Positions 36,776 to 46,143 of a stretch of 64,000 nucleotides of DNA are shown here, in pieces. The notes below the pieces were generated by a model, which was not told where the DNA came from, did not search any database, and worked only from the letters and a program-made list of their open reading frames with translations. Position 1 is the stretch's first letter. Every line of letters begins with the position of its first letter. The position numbers and the translations under genes are program-made. Where the stretch lies: positions 128,001 through 192,000 of IMG/VR virus record IMGVR_UViG_2889049205_000001. One strand, 5' to 3'. This DNA comes from a virus (Duplodnaviria > Caudoviricetes).

Positions 36776-37226
36776 ACTTTCGCTCAGCGGCTACATCAAT
36801 GACTTGGAGCCGGACCTACCTGGCGTATTCTCAAGCGAATACGGATGGATCTCCCCGGCAGGCGATTGGTACTCCTGCGGATTTGGCGGCCATGATGTAA
36901 AGTCCCGCATGCTTGCCGCCCACTTGAAACTCGACAAGGAGATCGCCGAGTTCACGGAGCGGATAGAAGAGGGGACTCCCTGGGGGCAGATGCGCAAAGC
37001 CGGCCTCGGTCCGAAAGATCCCTATATCCACGCTCGTGAGTTTCTAGTGGAATCCGGATGGGTTCGTGTGCATGATGAGGACAATTGCGGCTATCTAACC
37101 GCAGTGTGTAAGGCACAAATGAATGAGCTGCAGGTCCAAACTTTTGGATGGATGCTGAAGCAATTCAGGTATTTATTGGACACGGAGGTTACGTTTGATG
37201 GATATAAACTTGCATTCAAGGTTTAA
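36747..37226 (+). CDS. hypothetical protein (WxSPxGxWYxC...H domain)
   Basis: GWISPAGDWYSCGFGGH. Confidence 0.75.
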   Translation: MMMSAVRLTELSLSGYINDLEPDLPGVFSSEYGWISPAGDWYSCGFGGHDVKSRMLAAHLKLDKEIAEFTERIEEGTPWGQMRKAGLGPKDPYIHAREFLVESGWVRVHDEDNCGYLTAVCKAQMNELQVQTFGWMLKQFRYLLDTEVTFDGYKLAFKV

Positions 37227-37635
37227 GAATACAAATACCGGATTAAATGGTACTCTCTGTCCGAACGGGGAGTTTATCCCTTGCGAGTATGGATGCCATG
37301 AAGCTGATGCCAATGTATACCGGCTATATGCCGTCGCAGCGAAGCTAGGGCTGCGTTCTAGGCGTTCGCTGGAAGAATCCATGTATGAGTTCGTCAAACG
37401 CATGGGGTTCGTTACAATGGGCAGCAGGGGCCCTGACAAGGAGGTCTTCTCTCATTTGCGTATTGAAGGTGCCGAGAAGATGTCCATGAATCAGGTCGAA
37501 TGGTTTGTAACGCATTTCAAGGAGCTGGACGAGATCCAGCGCCAGTTCCTATTGGATTACTGGAGGGAGGTGAACATTCTTGTCGAGATACCAGGAGAAG
37601 AAGGACCTGTTGCAGGCGATCAAAAAGAAGTATGA
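37195..37635 (+). CDS. hypothetical protein (diverged copy of the same domain)
   Basis: GTLCPNGEFIPCEYGCH. Confidence 0.7.
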   Translation: MMDINLHSRFKNTNTGLNGTLCPNGEFIPCEYGCHEADANVYRLYAVAAKLGLRSRRSLEESMYEFVKRMGFVTMGSRGPDKEVFSHLRIEGAEKMSMNQVEWFVTHFKELDEIQRQFLLDYWREVNILVEIPGEEGPVAGDQKEV

Positions 37636-37969
37636 TCTTCGGTTGATGCTCACTGGCTGCCTTGATGTCCATGATTTCATGGTTGTCCATGGTAATGCAG
37701 TGCAGTCGCTCCACAAGCTGGAGCAGGAGAAAGAAGGCTCCGACCGCCACGAGTGGATTCAATTCCATATGAGCATCGTTGAACAGGCAATTGATACATT
37801 GCCTGAATGGGCAGAGCGTCGCCTGACAGTTGAGGCGTTAACCGAGAGGCAGATGCATAACCGTTCATTGATGGAGGACGAGAAGCAGCCGGAACGTGTC
37901 CGTCGGGCGGCTGAGCAGCGATACGGCAGCATAACCAAAGAACTGGAGGCAATCGCCCATGGTCAATGA
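37580..37969 (+). CDS. hypothetical protein
   Basis: GGAGGTG RBS, TTG start. Confidence 0.65.
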   Translation: MSRYQEKKDLLQAIKKKYDLRLMLTGCLDVHDFMVVHGNAVQSLHKLEQEKEGSDRHEWIQFHMSIVEQAIDTLPEWAERRLTVEALTERQMHNRSLMEDEKQPERVRRAAEQRYGSITKELEAIAHGQ

Positions 37970-38357
37970 CATGAAGAGTATCTCTCAATCGATCAAATAC
38001 CGTATGCCGTGCGCTGATGACGATCCTCGTAACGAGTATCGAGTCATTAGCCAGAAGCTATCCCCGGATCTGAGGGGAAAGGGTTTCTATTGGTTATTTA
38101 AGTCTGACCTTCCGCCGACCATTTCAGAGCTGTTCCTCGGCAGCTTGCGTCTGATGGTGCATGAAACATGCGATCTAAATCGAATTGCAGAGGCCATTAA
38201 TAAAGTTCCACGTTACATGGACGCTCGAGCGGTCGCACTAGACATGACTATTTATTTGAAAGGCACGTCATCGAACGGAGCTCCTCGGCTTCAGACTAGT
38301 TTCCACTGCTTCAAAGAGTGGGACAAGGACGGTAACGAAGTAGAAATCATCATCTAA
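37959..38357 (+). CDS. hypothetical protein
   Basis: GGAGG RBS. Confidence 0.65.
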   Translation: MVNDMKSISQSIKYRMPCADDDPRNEYRVISQKLSPDLRGKGFYWLFKSDLPPTISELFLGSLRLMVHETCDLNRIAEAINKVPRYMDARAVALDMTIYLKGTSSNGAPRLQTSFHCFKEWDKDGNEVEIII

Positions 38358-38371
38358 CATTGGAGGCCACC

Positions 38372-39196
38372 ATGACTGAAGAGAAAAAACCATATGAGCC
38401 ATACACGCTCAGTATTCCTCAGCGCACCGAGCAGGATTTGCAGATCGTGACCATGACGGCCGACCAGGAGGCGCTGGCAAATAAAAGCCTGAAGGATATT
38501 TACGGCTCTGTCGGCCATCTTCATCAATTGCTCAAAGAGGGCAAGCTCACATACGAAATGCGCAACACGCTGATGAGTCTGATTGAATCTTATGTCTCTG
38601 AACTCGGCGAGCCGTTGGAGTATGCTGGTACCTTGAAAGCAGAACAGGAAAAGCGCTATAAGGATATCCGCCGGGCGAACGGCGAGATTCACCGCCTCCG
38701 GGAGCAGCTTGGCTCCAGTAAGCCAATAGACGGCCTGGACGAGCAGCTGGGGGTGCTGCATGATACCGTTCGAGACTGGTGGAACAACCATGGATTCTGT
38801 TACGTCTCTGAGGACTCCTTCACTCAATACGGCTATAAGGTGAAGTTCGGCTTCATGCTCAGCTCGATGGAACGACGGAGCTTCACCAAGACGCCAGTAA
38901 GCGATGAGCAGGATCATCGCAACAGGCTGCAGGAGCTGAAAGATGCCGGCTTCGAAATCTACATGGACGACGACGGCCGGGATCCGCAGCTTATCGACAA
39001 CGATAATAATCGCCAGTTGCTCGAACAGCTGATCAAAAGCAGATTTCCATCGGCACAGATCACCAGCATCCAGAGTTGGAAGGCAAATCGAAGGGACTGC
39101 TTCGTGGTCCGGTACATGGACGTGACCATTCGGGATTATCAGGACGTTCCGGCGGCCGAGTCCGAGTCCGAAGAAGGCCAATCCGATGGACAGTAA
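38372..39196 (+). CDS. hypothetical phage protein
   Basis: GGAGG RBS; 274 aa. Confidence 0.8.
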   Translation: MTEEKKPYEPYTLSIPQRTEQDLQIVTMTADQEALANKSLKDIYGSVGHLHQLLKEGKLTYEMRNTLMSLIESYVSELGEPLEYAGTLKAEQEKRYKDIRRANGEIHRLREQLGSSKPIDGLDEQLGVLHDTVRDWWNNHGFCYVSEDSFTQYGYKVKFGFMLSSMERRSFTKTPVSDEQDHRNRLQELKDAGFEIYMDDDGRDPQLIDNDNNRQLLEQLIKSRFPSAQITSIQSWKANRRDCFVVRYMDVTIRDYQDVPAAESESEEGQSDGQ

Positions 39197-39476
39197 ATAC
39201 ATGCAAGTCCGGATGCCGGACGGATCGCTTTGGCAATTTCCTATTGAAGTCGTAGCCACTCATAAGGGAGAAAACGATGATTGCGAAGTGGATTACGTCC
39301 CGGATGCAGTGGAACTGGCCATGAAGGAGTCTGATGACGTTCTTATCAATTGGGCAATCAATGAAATGCATTGGTCCGATCTGGCGCCTCATGCCGAACA
39401 GATCGAGCCGCCAACCACAACCGATTACGAGAGGGCCTGGATGAATAGCGAACCCAAAATCGTTGACTACAATTAG
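39186..39476 (+). CDS. hypothetical phage protein
   Basis: V.MPDGS.W..P, WA.N.M.W.D pattern. Confidence 0.75.
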   Translation: MDSKYMQVRMPDGSLWQFPIEVVATHKGENDDCEVDYVPDAVELAMKESDDVLINWAINEMHWSDLAPHAEQIEPPTTTDYERAWMNSEPKIVDYN

Positions 39477-39487
39477 GGGGTAGCGTC

Positions 39488-39733
39488 ATGAAGGTTACAA
39501 TTCTGCGCACCGGGGCTTCCGTTCCGGTGCAAATGAAAATATACGTCGCTGAAACAAATACGATCTGGTATTTGGTACATGAAGGTAACTTGAAGGCTAT
39601 CAACCTGCTAATCGTGCGCAATGACGTACAGGTCCTTTACCAGGATCCAAAATTCTCGATCCCAGACCAGATACTAATGCATGATAGCTATTGGTACACC
39701 AGCGAGTCCGTCATGGAAAACTTTTTATCTTAG
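39488..39733 (+). CDS. hypothetical protein
   Basis: AGGGGG RBS. Confidence 0.6.
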   Translation: MKVTILRTGASVPVQMKIYVAETNTIWYLVHEGNLKAINLLIVRNDVQVLYQDPKFSIPDQILMHDSYWYTSESVMENFLS

Positions 39734-39744
39734 GAGGAAATACA

Positions 39745-40089
39745 ATGACCAGCTTTTATTCATCCAATTTCAATTTCAAAGACGAAGCCGGATACGACAA
39801 GCGAGTCGATGAAATGGTCAAGATCATCAACGACAACAATCTTCGCCGGGCAGTATTCGTTTGGGAAAACAAGGTCGTAGAAGTAACCAAGATGAAGGAT
39901 GACGAGTTCTCGATCGATCCAGGTCCGGAGGATGAATCTGACGTCATGGAGTTCCTCGGAAAGCAACAATGCGATGAATGTAAGACCTGGCACGACACAC
40001 TCACGCAAGTGGATCTGCCACGGGTGCGTGGAACATCAGGCAGGACTGTTGATCTCTGCAAGAAATGCACGACGGACAAGTTATGCTGA
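39745..40089 (+). CDS. hypothetical protein with C-terminal Zn ribbon
   Basis: AGGAGG RBS; CDEC...CKKC. Confidence 0.7.
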   Translation: MTSFYSSNFNFKDEAGYDKRVDEMVKIINDNNLRRAVFVWENKVVEVTKMKDDEFSIDPGPEDESDVMEFLGKQQCDECKTWHDTLTQVDLPRVRGTSGRTVDLCKKCTTDKLC

Positions 40090-40322
40090 CCGGTGAAAAA
40101 TGTCGGCTGGCCGTGTCGAAGGTGACAGGGATCCCGGAGGGATCCCTGATCATTCAGGAAGATTACGGCAAGGACGGTGCGGCTATTCAAGACGAGAGCT
40201 CTAACGAATATTACGTCGAGCCGACGAATCAAATCAAGGATTACACACCTGCGCAGCTGCAGAGCATTGAGATCCTTGGCGAGCATGAAGGCCGAACAGT
40301 CTACAAGGAGAAGATTTCATGA
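40083..40322 (+). CDS. hypothetical protein
   Basis: overlaps the previous stop. Confidence 0.6.
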   Translation: MLTGEKCRLAVSKVTGIPEGSLIIQEDYGKDGAAIQDESSNEYYVEPTNQIKDYTPAQLQSIEILGEHEGRTVYKEKIS

Positions 40323-40484
40323 TCAAAACAACGATCACAGTTGAGGTCACTCATCATTCTTATAACGCAGCCTGGCTGGAGCGCCAGATCCAGGAGACTC
40401 TGCATCGCTTGGACGATGTAAAAGAAGTCAAAACGAAAACCGTCGAGCACAAGCCGGCAAATTAACTGCGAGGAGCTTATCAAG

Positions 40485-40766
40485 ATGGGAATGCAAAAGA
40501 AATTGGAAGCGGCGAGACATGAAGGGTACCTTGCAGGGCTGAAATCTGGAGCTGCTCAGAAAGAGCTGCAGAAATCTTTCCTTGATGGTATCAAGGTGGG
40601 AGCCGATGCTGCCAATGAAGTTTGGTCATCTGCGATTCAGAACACGCACGGCGTGGGCACGAAAACGATCCAGAAAATCTATGCCCAGGCCGAACAAGAG
40701 CATCAGCAACGGAAAGTCGAGCGAAAAATGCTTGCCTCCGACCAGCCTGAAGAAGTTGTGGCGTAA
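40485..40766 (+). CDS. hypothetical protein
   Basis: GAGGAG RBS. Confidence 0.7.
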   Translation: MGMQKKLEAARHEGYLAGLKSGAAQKELQKSFLDGIKVGADAANEVWSSAIQNTHGVGTKTIQKIYAQAEQEHQQRKVERKMLASDQPEEVVA

Positions 40767-41016
40767 TGAACAAAGTGGAGCAAGATCTGGCCCTTGTCTT
40801 GGGCATGATCCAGCAGCTATTGGACCGTGAAATGACAGAGGCTGAAGTCGCTTTAGCCACCATTTCATTTAAGTCAGGCGTTCAAACAGGACTGGAGTGG
40901 GAACCGAATCCAAATCGAAATAATTAACGGCATTAAATACCTTATTTTTCCATACATGGACATATGTACAAAATACATCTTTTGTGCAGTAGTGCGGTAA
41001 AGCGTTAACTTATGAA

Positions 41017-41304
41017 ATGAGTTCTTTCATTATGCCACATGTGGCCGCTGTAATGCAAGGGGATGGTGTTCGGTATGATCGCTACAACCGAATGCTTTAC
41101 CATCCGGATTACCATCCGAATCAAGGCAAGCCATATACCACTAAGGAAAATGCGTATCTGTGCAAGCATTATATCCGTGGCCAGGTTAAAACTTTAGCTT
41201 TGGATATGGGACGCACTGAGCATTCGATCCGCCAACACGTCAACGAATTGCGGCGCCTTGGCCAGTTCGATCATTACAAGTCGATGGTATTCAAGGACGA
41301 ATAA
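41017..41304 (+). CDS. conserved Bacillota phage protein (HTH-like; start uncertain)
   Basis: RM.YHPD.H.N.GK..T..E..YLCK, LAL..GRTE.SI. Confidence 0.7.
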   Translation: MSSFIMPHVAAVMQGDGVRYDRYNRMLYHPDYHPNQGKPYTTKENAYLCKHYIRGQVKTLALDMGRTEHSIRQHVNELRRLGQFDHYKSMVFKDE

Positions 41305-41403
41305 ATCCCTATATAGGGGCGAAATTTTCAAAAAAAATTTTTCGGGGTTTTGCATTATCGAACCTGTATTCCATTTCAATATACATAAGGAGGATTCGCT
41401 GTA

Positions 41404-41487
41404 ATGCAATACGTCACCACCATTATCATTGCTGCTCTTTATATTTGGGCCAAGTATTACAAGCGCAAGCACTTGCGGAGCTTCTAG
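41404..41487 (+). CDS. 27-aa hydrophobic/basic peptide
   Basis: AAGGAGG RBS; MQYVTTIIIAALYIWAKYYKRKHLRSF. Confidence 0.5.
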   Translation: MQYVTTIIIAALYIWAKYYKRKHLRSF

Positions 41488-41735
41488 TGGATCTCACGAT
41501 CGCATACTTGATTCGAACTGAACAATGGCCTGAGCCCCCGTTCCCCGGATGGCGGCGACAATGGCTGTGCTGCAAGGTTTGCGGATACCTACAGTATTAC
41601 GATTATATCCCCTACTCGCTGCAGAATCCTATTATGTGGAGTGCGTGCGGCCATGATCTCAAAACGCAAATGCACCGTCTTTCCGATCCGCCGCTACAAC
41701 TAAACCCGAAACCAGAAAGGAACGACCATGGATAA
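41487..41735 (+). CDS. hypothetical protein
   Basis: TAGTG coupling; CKVCG...CGH. Confidence 0.55.
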   Translation: MDLTIAYLIRTEQWPEPPFPGWRRQWLCCKVCGYLQYYDYIPYSLQNPIMWSACGHDLKTQMHRLSDPPLQLNPKPERNDHG

Positions 41736-42309
41736 AGAAAAAAAAGAAATCGGAAACGTGATCAACGGGCTCTTCGGCGCCTTTGAAGCCGAGTCGGACG
41801 CAAAGAATGCGGACTGGATCCGCAGCGTTACGCAGGAATATCATTACCTGGACCTAAACAATCCGGAGAAATTTTCTCTGCTGCTTACGATGGCCGTTCG
41901 AGACAAAGCTGATGCTTTGATGCGCCATGCCCTCCCCTCTATCGTGCCGGCGGACCTGAACCGTAAACTCAAGCACAAGGTGGAGTTCGCCTTCCTTCAT
42001 TACGATTTCATTGCCCGTCATCTGAAAAGCATCATTCTGAAGTTCGAAGGCCACGGCTGCTCCACAGACAAGACCCGTTGGCTGATCGACAGCTATGTGA
42101 AATACATTATTAGTGGCGATCTGCCCCTAATTGAGGAGAAGAAATACTGGCATCCGGCCTGCGGCGAAGTCGCCGACTGGATGGCATGGATCGATACGAT
42201 GGGCGATCTCTATTACGGAAACGTTGAGCGGTATGCGCTTGCCAAGATCAAAGTCTTCAATAGCTATGCGTATAAATGGACAGAATCCGGAGGCGATTCG
42301 AATGAATGA
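41728..42309 (+). CDS. hypothetical protein
   Basis: AAAGGA RBS. Confidence 0.75.
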   Translation: MDKEKKEIGNVINGLFGAFEAESDAKNADWIRSVTQEYHYLDLNNPEKFSLLLTMAVRDKADALMRHALPSIVPADLNRKLKHKVEFAFLHYDFIARHLKSIILKFEGHGCSTDKTRWLIDSYVKYIISGDLPLIEEKKYWHPACGEVADWMAWIDTMGDLYYGNVERYALAKIKVFNSYAYKWTESGGDSNE

Positions 42310-42901
42310 CACAGCGATGATCAGAACGTTTGGTGAGTACCACAAAAAGTGGAGTGCTGGCGCCACGATGCTGATTGCACCACATGACGTGGACACTCGG
42401 GATCACAACGAATTCGGCATTATTGATGGCCGGCACTGGCGTCCTCTCTCCTTTTCCCCTGCTCTTCAGGATCTGACTGGTACCTTTGTTCGCTCGCAAA
42501 TCCTGGAGTATTGCAGCGAGCGGTCTATTAAGCTGACCGAGGAACAAATCGTTTCAACTGTCGAAATCGTTCAATATTGGCTGACAGATGCGATCAGTAA
42601 TTCTATCGACAATGCCATCGATAATCTGGAATTGGACCGTGAGCTCGTAATCCTGAATGCCTGGGGCGGTAAGAACGAAGGCGGTGATCTGGAGCTCCTC
42701 ACCACCGACGTAAGCGAAATACCGAACGGCACCTGCGAGCTCGAGATTGTCAAGGGCTTTATCGTCAGCGGCGGCGCTGATATCCGGGATTGGGTCGAGG
42801 ATAATCTCAAAGAATTCTATGAAGACAAAGATGAGCTGAATGCTGCCCTCGTTGAGCATAATCTCACCCACCTGGTTAATGACCAAAGTGAAGGAGCGTA
42901 A
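42302..42901 (+). CDS. hypothetical protein
   Basis: GGAGG RBS. Confidence 0.7.
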   Translation: MNDTAMIRTFGEYHKKWSAGATMLIAPHDVDTRDHNEFGIIDGRHWRPLSFSPALQDLTGTFVRSQILEYCSERSIKLTEEQIVSTVEIVQYWLTDAISNSIDNAIDNLELDRELVILNAWGGKNEGGDLELLTTDVSEIPNGTCELEIVKGFIVSGGADIRDWVEDNLKEFYEDKDELNAALVEHNLTHLVNDQSEGA

Positions 42902-42906
42902 TAAAC

Positions 42907-43338
42907 ATGGATCCACTTGTAGGAATGATGGTTGATATGATGATTGCGGGGAACCAAGAGGCAGCCGCCATCTACGATAGCATCACCGGCATTGATGAAA
43001 TGTCAGACGTGCCAATGAGCAATGAAGTGCTGAGCCTCATTTACGTGCCATGCGACGTGAAAACGATCGGATCTGATTACTATCTGATCCACGAAGGAAA
43101 AGTCGTTTACATGGGCCACATTGATAACGAAGGGTTGGTGGACACGGTAATCAAAGATATTACCACGCTGCCCGAATTTATCAATGTCGGGATCGCCGCT
43201 AAGCTCAATGATCGAGCGAAATTGGGAGAGTTCCTTTCCAATGAAGAGACACTGCTCAAGATCATGAGCCAGCAGCAGCTCGGACTGCAGTATCTCGAGG
43301 AGAATCACGGTCCGATCGACTCTCGGAAGGTTAACTAG
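42907..43338 (+). CDS. hypothetical protein
   Basis: AAGGAG RBS. Confidence 0.7.
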   Translation: MDPLVGMMVDMMIAGNQEAAAIYDSITGIDEMSDVPMSNEVLSLIYVPCDVKTIGSDYYLIHEGKVVYMGHIDNEGLVDTVIKDITTLPEFINVGIAAKLNDRAKLGEFLSNEETLLKIMSQQQLGLQYLEENHGPIDSRKVN

Positions 43339-43345
43339 GTGTCCA

Positions 43346-43813
43346 ATGGGATATGTATGCCTGAATGATTTCCATAAGGTTCGTACCGACGGTCGTGCAA
43401 TGCGCCGTCGGGCGGCCCATCTGGACGCCGGCGATCGCTACGAGTTCCGTGAATCCTTGCACGGCTTCATTTATGAGGTCGTCGATCACGAGAGGATGGT
43501 CTTCTATCGTCAGGATCGCCCTGTATTCAATCAAGGGGATCTGTTTGAGGGGTTCCTCCCTTTCATGTGCGACTACTGCAAGCAAGTGGTCTACAGTACC
43601 TACTTGGTGCCCTATCGCCTGAAATTTGAAATGCTCACCCGACCGTTTACCGATAGGCCTGAATGGAAGAGTAGCTACTTGGATATCAAGTTCTCCTGCT
43701 GTAATGCATGTCATAATGGCCCGCTGCCCATTCCGGAGAAGCTGATCGGCCATCATTTGACGGAGCTGCAGCAAGACGGCCGAGCAATCTTTACCCAAAA
43801 ACGAAAACTGTGA
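43346..43813 (+). CDS. hypothetical protein with CxxC pairs
   Basis: AGGTG RBS. Confidence 0.7.
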   Translation: MGYVCLNDFHKVRTDGRAMRRRAAHLDAGDRYEFRESLHGFIYEVVDHERMVFYRQDRPVFNQGDLFEGFLPFMCDYCKQVVYSTYLVPYRLKFEMLTRPFTDRPEWKSSYLDIKFSCCNACHNGPLPIPEKLIGHHLTELQQDGRAIFTQKRKL

Positions 43814-43823
43814 GGTGGCTTTT

Positions 43824-44090
43824 ATGAGTAGTAAGCGCAACAGGATTTTGACGATTATCACCCAGGGCTGTTTGGACCCGATTACCGCATTAGACGTTAA
43901 GACCGACAACATCATGTACGTTTATGGCGGCCGCAGCGAATTTGACGACATGCTGAGTGAGATTGAAGATTTCTTCGATGTAGACGTTTCTCTTCCGGAG
44001 GACGAGGATATCGGTGAAATGACCGTTCAGAAATTTGTGGACACTGTGCTCCATCTTCTTGGAGGCGAAGACGAGGAGGTTGCAAGCTGA
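43824..44090 (+). CDS. acyl-carrier-protein-like protein
   Basis: small and acidic; GGRSEF..ML.EIEDFFDV.....E....MTV..FVD.V resembles ACP helices II-IV. Confidence 0.5.
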   Translation: MSSKRNRILTIITQGCLDPITALDVKTDNIMYVYGGRSEFDDMLSEIEDFFDVDVSLPEDEDIGEMTVQKFVDTVLHLLGGEDEEVAS

Positions 44091-44371
44091 TGGGATTCAC
44101 GATCACGAAGGACAACATCCATACGGAGCCGGATGAAAAGCAGTGGGATAAGACCGGAAAGAGATTCAAATGCATCTGTGTCGATGAAGCTAAGAGCTAT
44201 GCCGAAGGGCAGCATAAATTTAGGCTCCTCGATGACGACCGCAATGTTTATTTATACGGCAAGTCCGACGATGACAACTGCTTTTGTCCGCTGGACTGGT
44301 CGCAGCCGCTGTGGGGCACCACAGAGATTCAATATTATGACGAGCAGACAAGGGAATACAAAACGCTCTAG
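44090..44371 (+). CDS. hypothetical phage protein
   Basis: FRLLDDD...Y..G...F.PLD...G.T.I.Y pattern. Confidence 0.75.
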   Translation: MGFTITKDNIHTEPDEKQWDKTGKRFKCICVDEAKSYAEGQHKFRLLDDDRNVYLYGKSDDDNCFCPLDWSQPLWGTTEIQYYDEQTREYKTL

Positions 44372-44386
44372 GAAGGAAGAAGCGAA

Positions 44387-44815
44387 ATGATGCGAGGCAT
44401 GATCATCACGCATAACGACGGAACTCCGGATCTTGAAATGGAGATCAGCAAGGCCAATCTGGTTAGATCCAGCGAGCGTGGATTTGTTTACATGGAGGAA
44501 ATGGCCGATGGCAAGTGGCGCCTCACATATACTGATAAGGCAATCAGTGATTTCTCTAAGATCGCAGCCTTCCGAATGATTCGTCGGGGCGGCATAGTGG
44601 AAATGCCTGAAGAGCCCTTCCATATCAAGACGTACCGGGATCTCTTGATTGCACTTTCGGATCTCGATCCGACCGATCTGGACCGGCCCTTGCGCTTGTA
44701 CGAGGCGGCTGATGAGATGAACCTCTTCACCGTTGAGACGACAATTGAACGTGACGGCAGCGGCGATCCATTCCTCGATCTTAATTTTCTGGATTCTGAT
44801 TACATCGATAGATAG
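44387..44815 (+). CDS. hypothetical protein
   Basis: ORF within the operon. Confidence 0.7.
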   Translation: MMRGMIITHNDGTPDLEMEISKANLVRSSERGFVYMEEMADGKWRLTYTDKAISDFSKIAAFRMIRRGGIVEMPEEPFHIKTYRDLLIALSDLDPTDLDRPLRLYEAADEMNLFTVETTIERDGSGDPFLDLNFLDSDYIDR

Positions 44816-44825
44816 GAGAATCGTT

Positions 44826-45311
44826 ATGCGATCGAACGACACCCTCGTTGTCCTATACAACGAAACCGAATTCCCTTCGGACCTATACCAGCTTGCTTTC
44901 CCGGCCACCGCCCAAGAAATGTATGAGTTGCTGGTCAAGCTCCGCAATATCAAGACAAAGACCGGTCAGACTATGGACGAATTTGCATATGTCTTTCCAA
45001 AAGGATCCCTCTACCCTGCGGACTACAAGGCGTTCTGGGATGAGCGTAAGAACCCGCAGCGCAAACGTTTCAACACGCAAGCTGATTTCTTCCTGCAGCG
45101 GCCAATCCGTGGCGGCAAGGTAAAGCAGAAGCTATATGCATTCGCAGAGGATTTCGATTGGCAGTTTGATAAATGGACAGGCCAGGACGTGATTATCTTG
45201 GACATGAACGAAGCCTTGAAAGGCGATTATGTTTATGAACGGGATATCCTCAAGCGTTGGGGTGACAAAGACCCCCTCATCTCGGCAGACCTTACCTACT
45301 GCGCTCAGTAG
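44826..45311 (+). CDS. hypothetical protein
   Basis: AGGAG RBS. Confidence 0.7.
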   Translation: MRSNDTLVVLYNETEFPSDLYQLAFPATAQEMYELLVKLRNIKTKTGQTMDEFAYVFPKGSLYPADYKAFWDERKNPQRKRFNTQADFFLQRPIRGGKVKQKLYAFAEDFDWQFDKWTGQDVIILDMNEALKGDYVYERDILKRWGDKDPLISADLTYCAQ

Positions 45312-45312
45312 A

Positions 45313-45651
45313 TCAATACACAATGTGAAGGCTGCCATCGTCGAAGATCTGGATCTCCTGCGTGGCCATCATGAAGTCGGCGCCTGACGTGTATCCTTTT
45401 TCATTGAGTTCCTTCTGACCTGCCTCCCACGTATGACGATCAATGACGAGCCGGTAGTTCCACAAATCCTGGCCATCCACATCGTAAATGTCCGTGAGCT
45501 CGAGCTCGTTGCCGAACAGCTCCGTAAAGAAGGCAGCTGCTTCTTTTTGGGATCCGAACTGCGGAAGGTCTGCTTCGAACTGGCGGGTCAGCCGCTTGTG
45601 CTTTCCATTCCACATGTGAAAATAGGATTCCAAATTCTCTTTTGTAACCAT
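45313..45651 (-). CDS. hypothetical protein (lone minus-strand gene)
   Basis: AAGGGGTG RBS and own promoter. Confidence 0.75.
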   Translation of the reverse strand: MVTKENLESYFHMWNGKHKRLTRQFEADLPQFGSQKEAAAFFTELFGNELELTDIYDVDGQDLWNYRLVIDRHTWEAGQKELNEKGYTSGADFMMATQEIQIFDDGSLHIVY

Positions 45652-45676
45652 AACGCACCCCTTTGCCTTTTTCGTA

Positions 45677-45706
45677 ATTATACTTTTTCACCGACGTGAT
45701 ACGCAA
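45677..45706 (-). promoter_or_regulatory. sigmaA-type promoter
   Basis: TTGCGT-18-TATAAT on the minus strand. Confidence 0.6.
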
Positions 45707-45775
45707 TGAGCAAACAAACCGTGCAAGATCCAAGCATCATGCTGAACTGCCAACTTTTGAGTGGAGGTAAACCAA

Positions 45776-46138
45776 ATGGGATACATGACGACCATTACGA
45801 TTCTAAACGACGCCTTTGATCAGATCGAGAAGCATCCTGTCGAATTCGTAGAGTCAATTAAGCTTGGTATGAACGGTATCGATAAGTTCGGTGCCCGAAA
45901 TAAGGAGATTTCCAATTTTGGAATCGGCAACTACGCAAACCCGATTGATGTAGCAAGAGCACATCATGCTGACGATCCACGCCTATACCTGGCTTTCCAA
46001 AATATGACGGTCGCCTTTGGATACTCAAACGACCTGAAAGATCCTCGCCACTTGGAGCTCCGCAAGCGAATGCTGAAGATGGCCAAAGACATCCTGAAGC
46101 AAGAGGAGCGATTGATTAAAGAACTTGAAGGGAGATAA
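45776..46138 (+). CDS. hypothetical protein
   Basis: GGAGGT RBS. Confidence 0.75.
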   Translation: MGYMTTITILNDAFDQIEKHPVEFVESIKLGMNGIDKFGARNKEISNFGIGNYANPIDVARAHHADDPRLYLAFQNMTVAFGYSNDLKDPRHLELRKRMLKMAKDILKQEERLIKELEGR

Positions 46139-46143
46139 GCACC

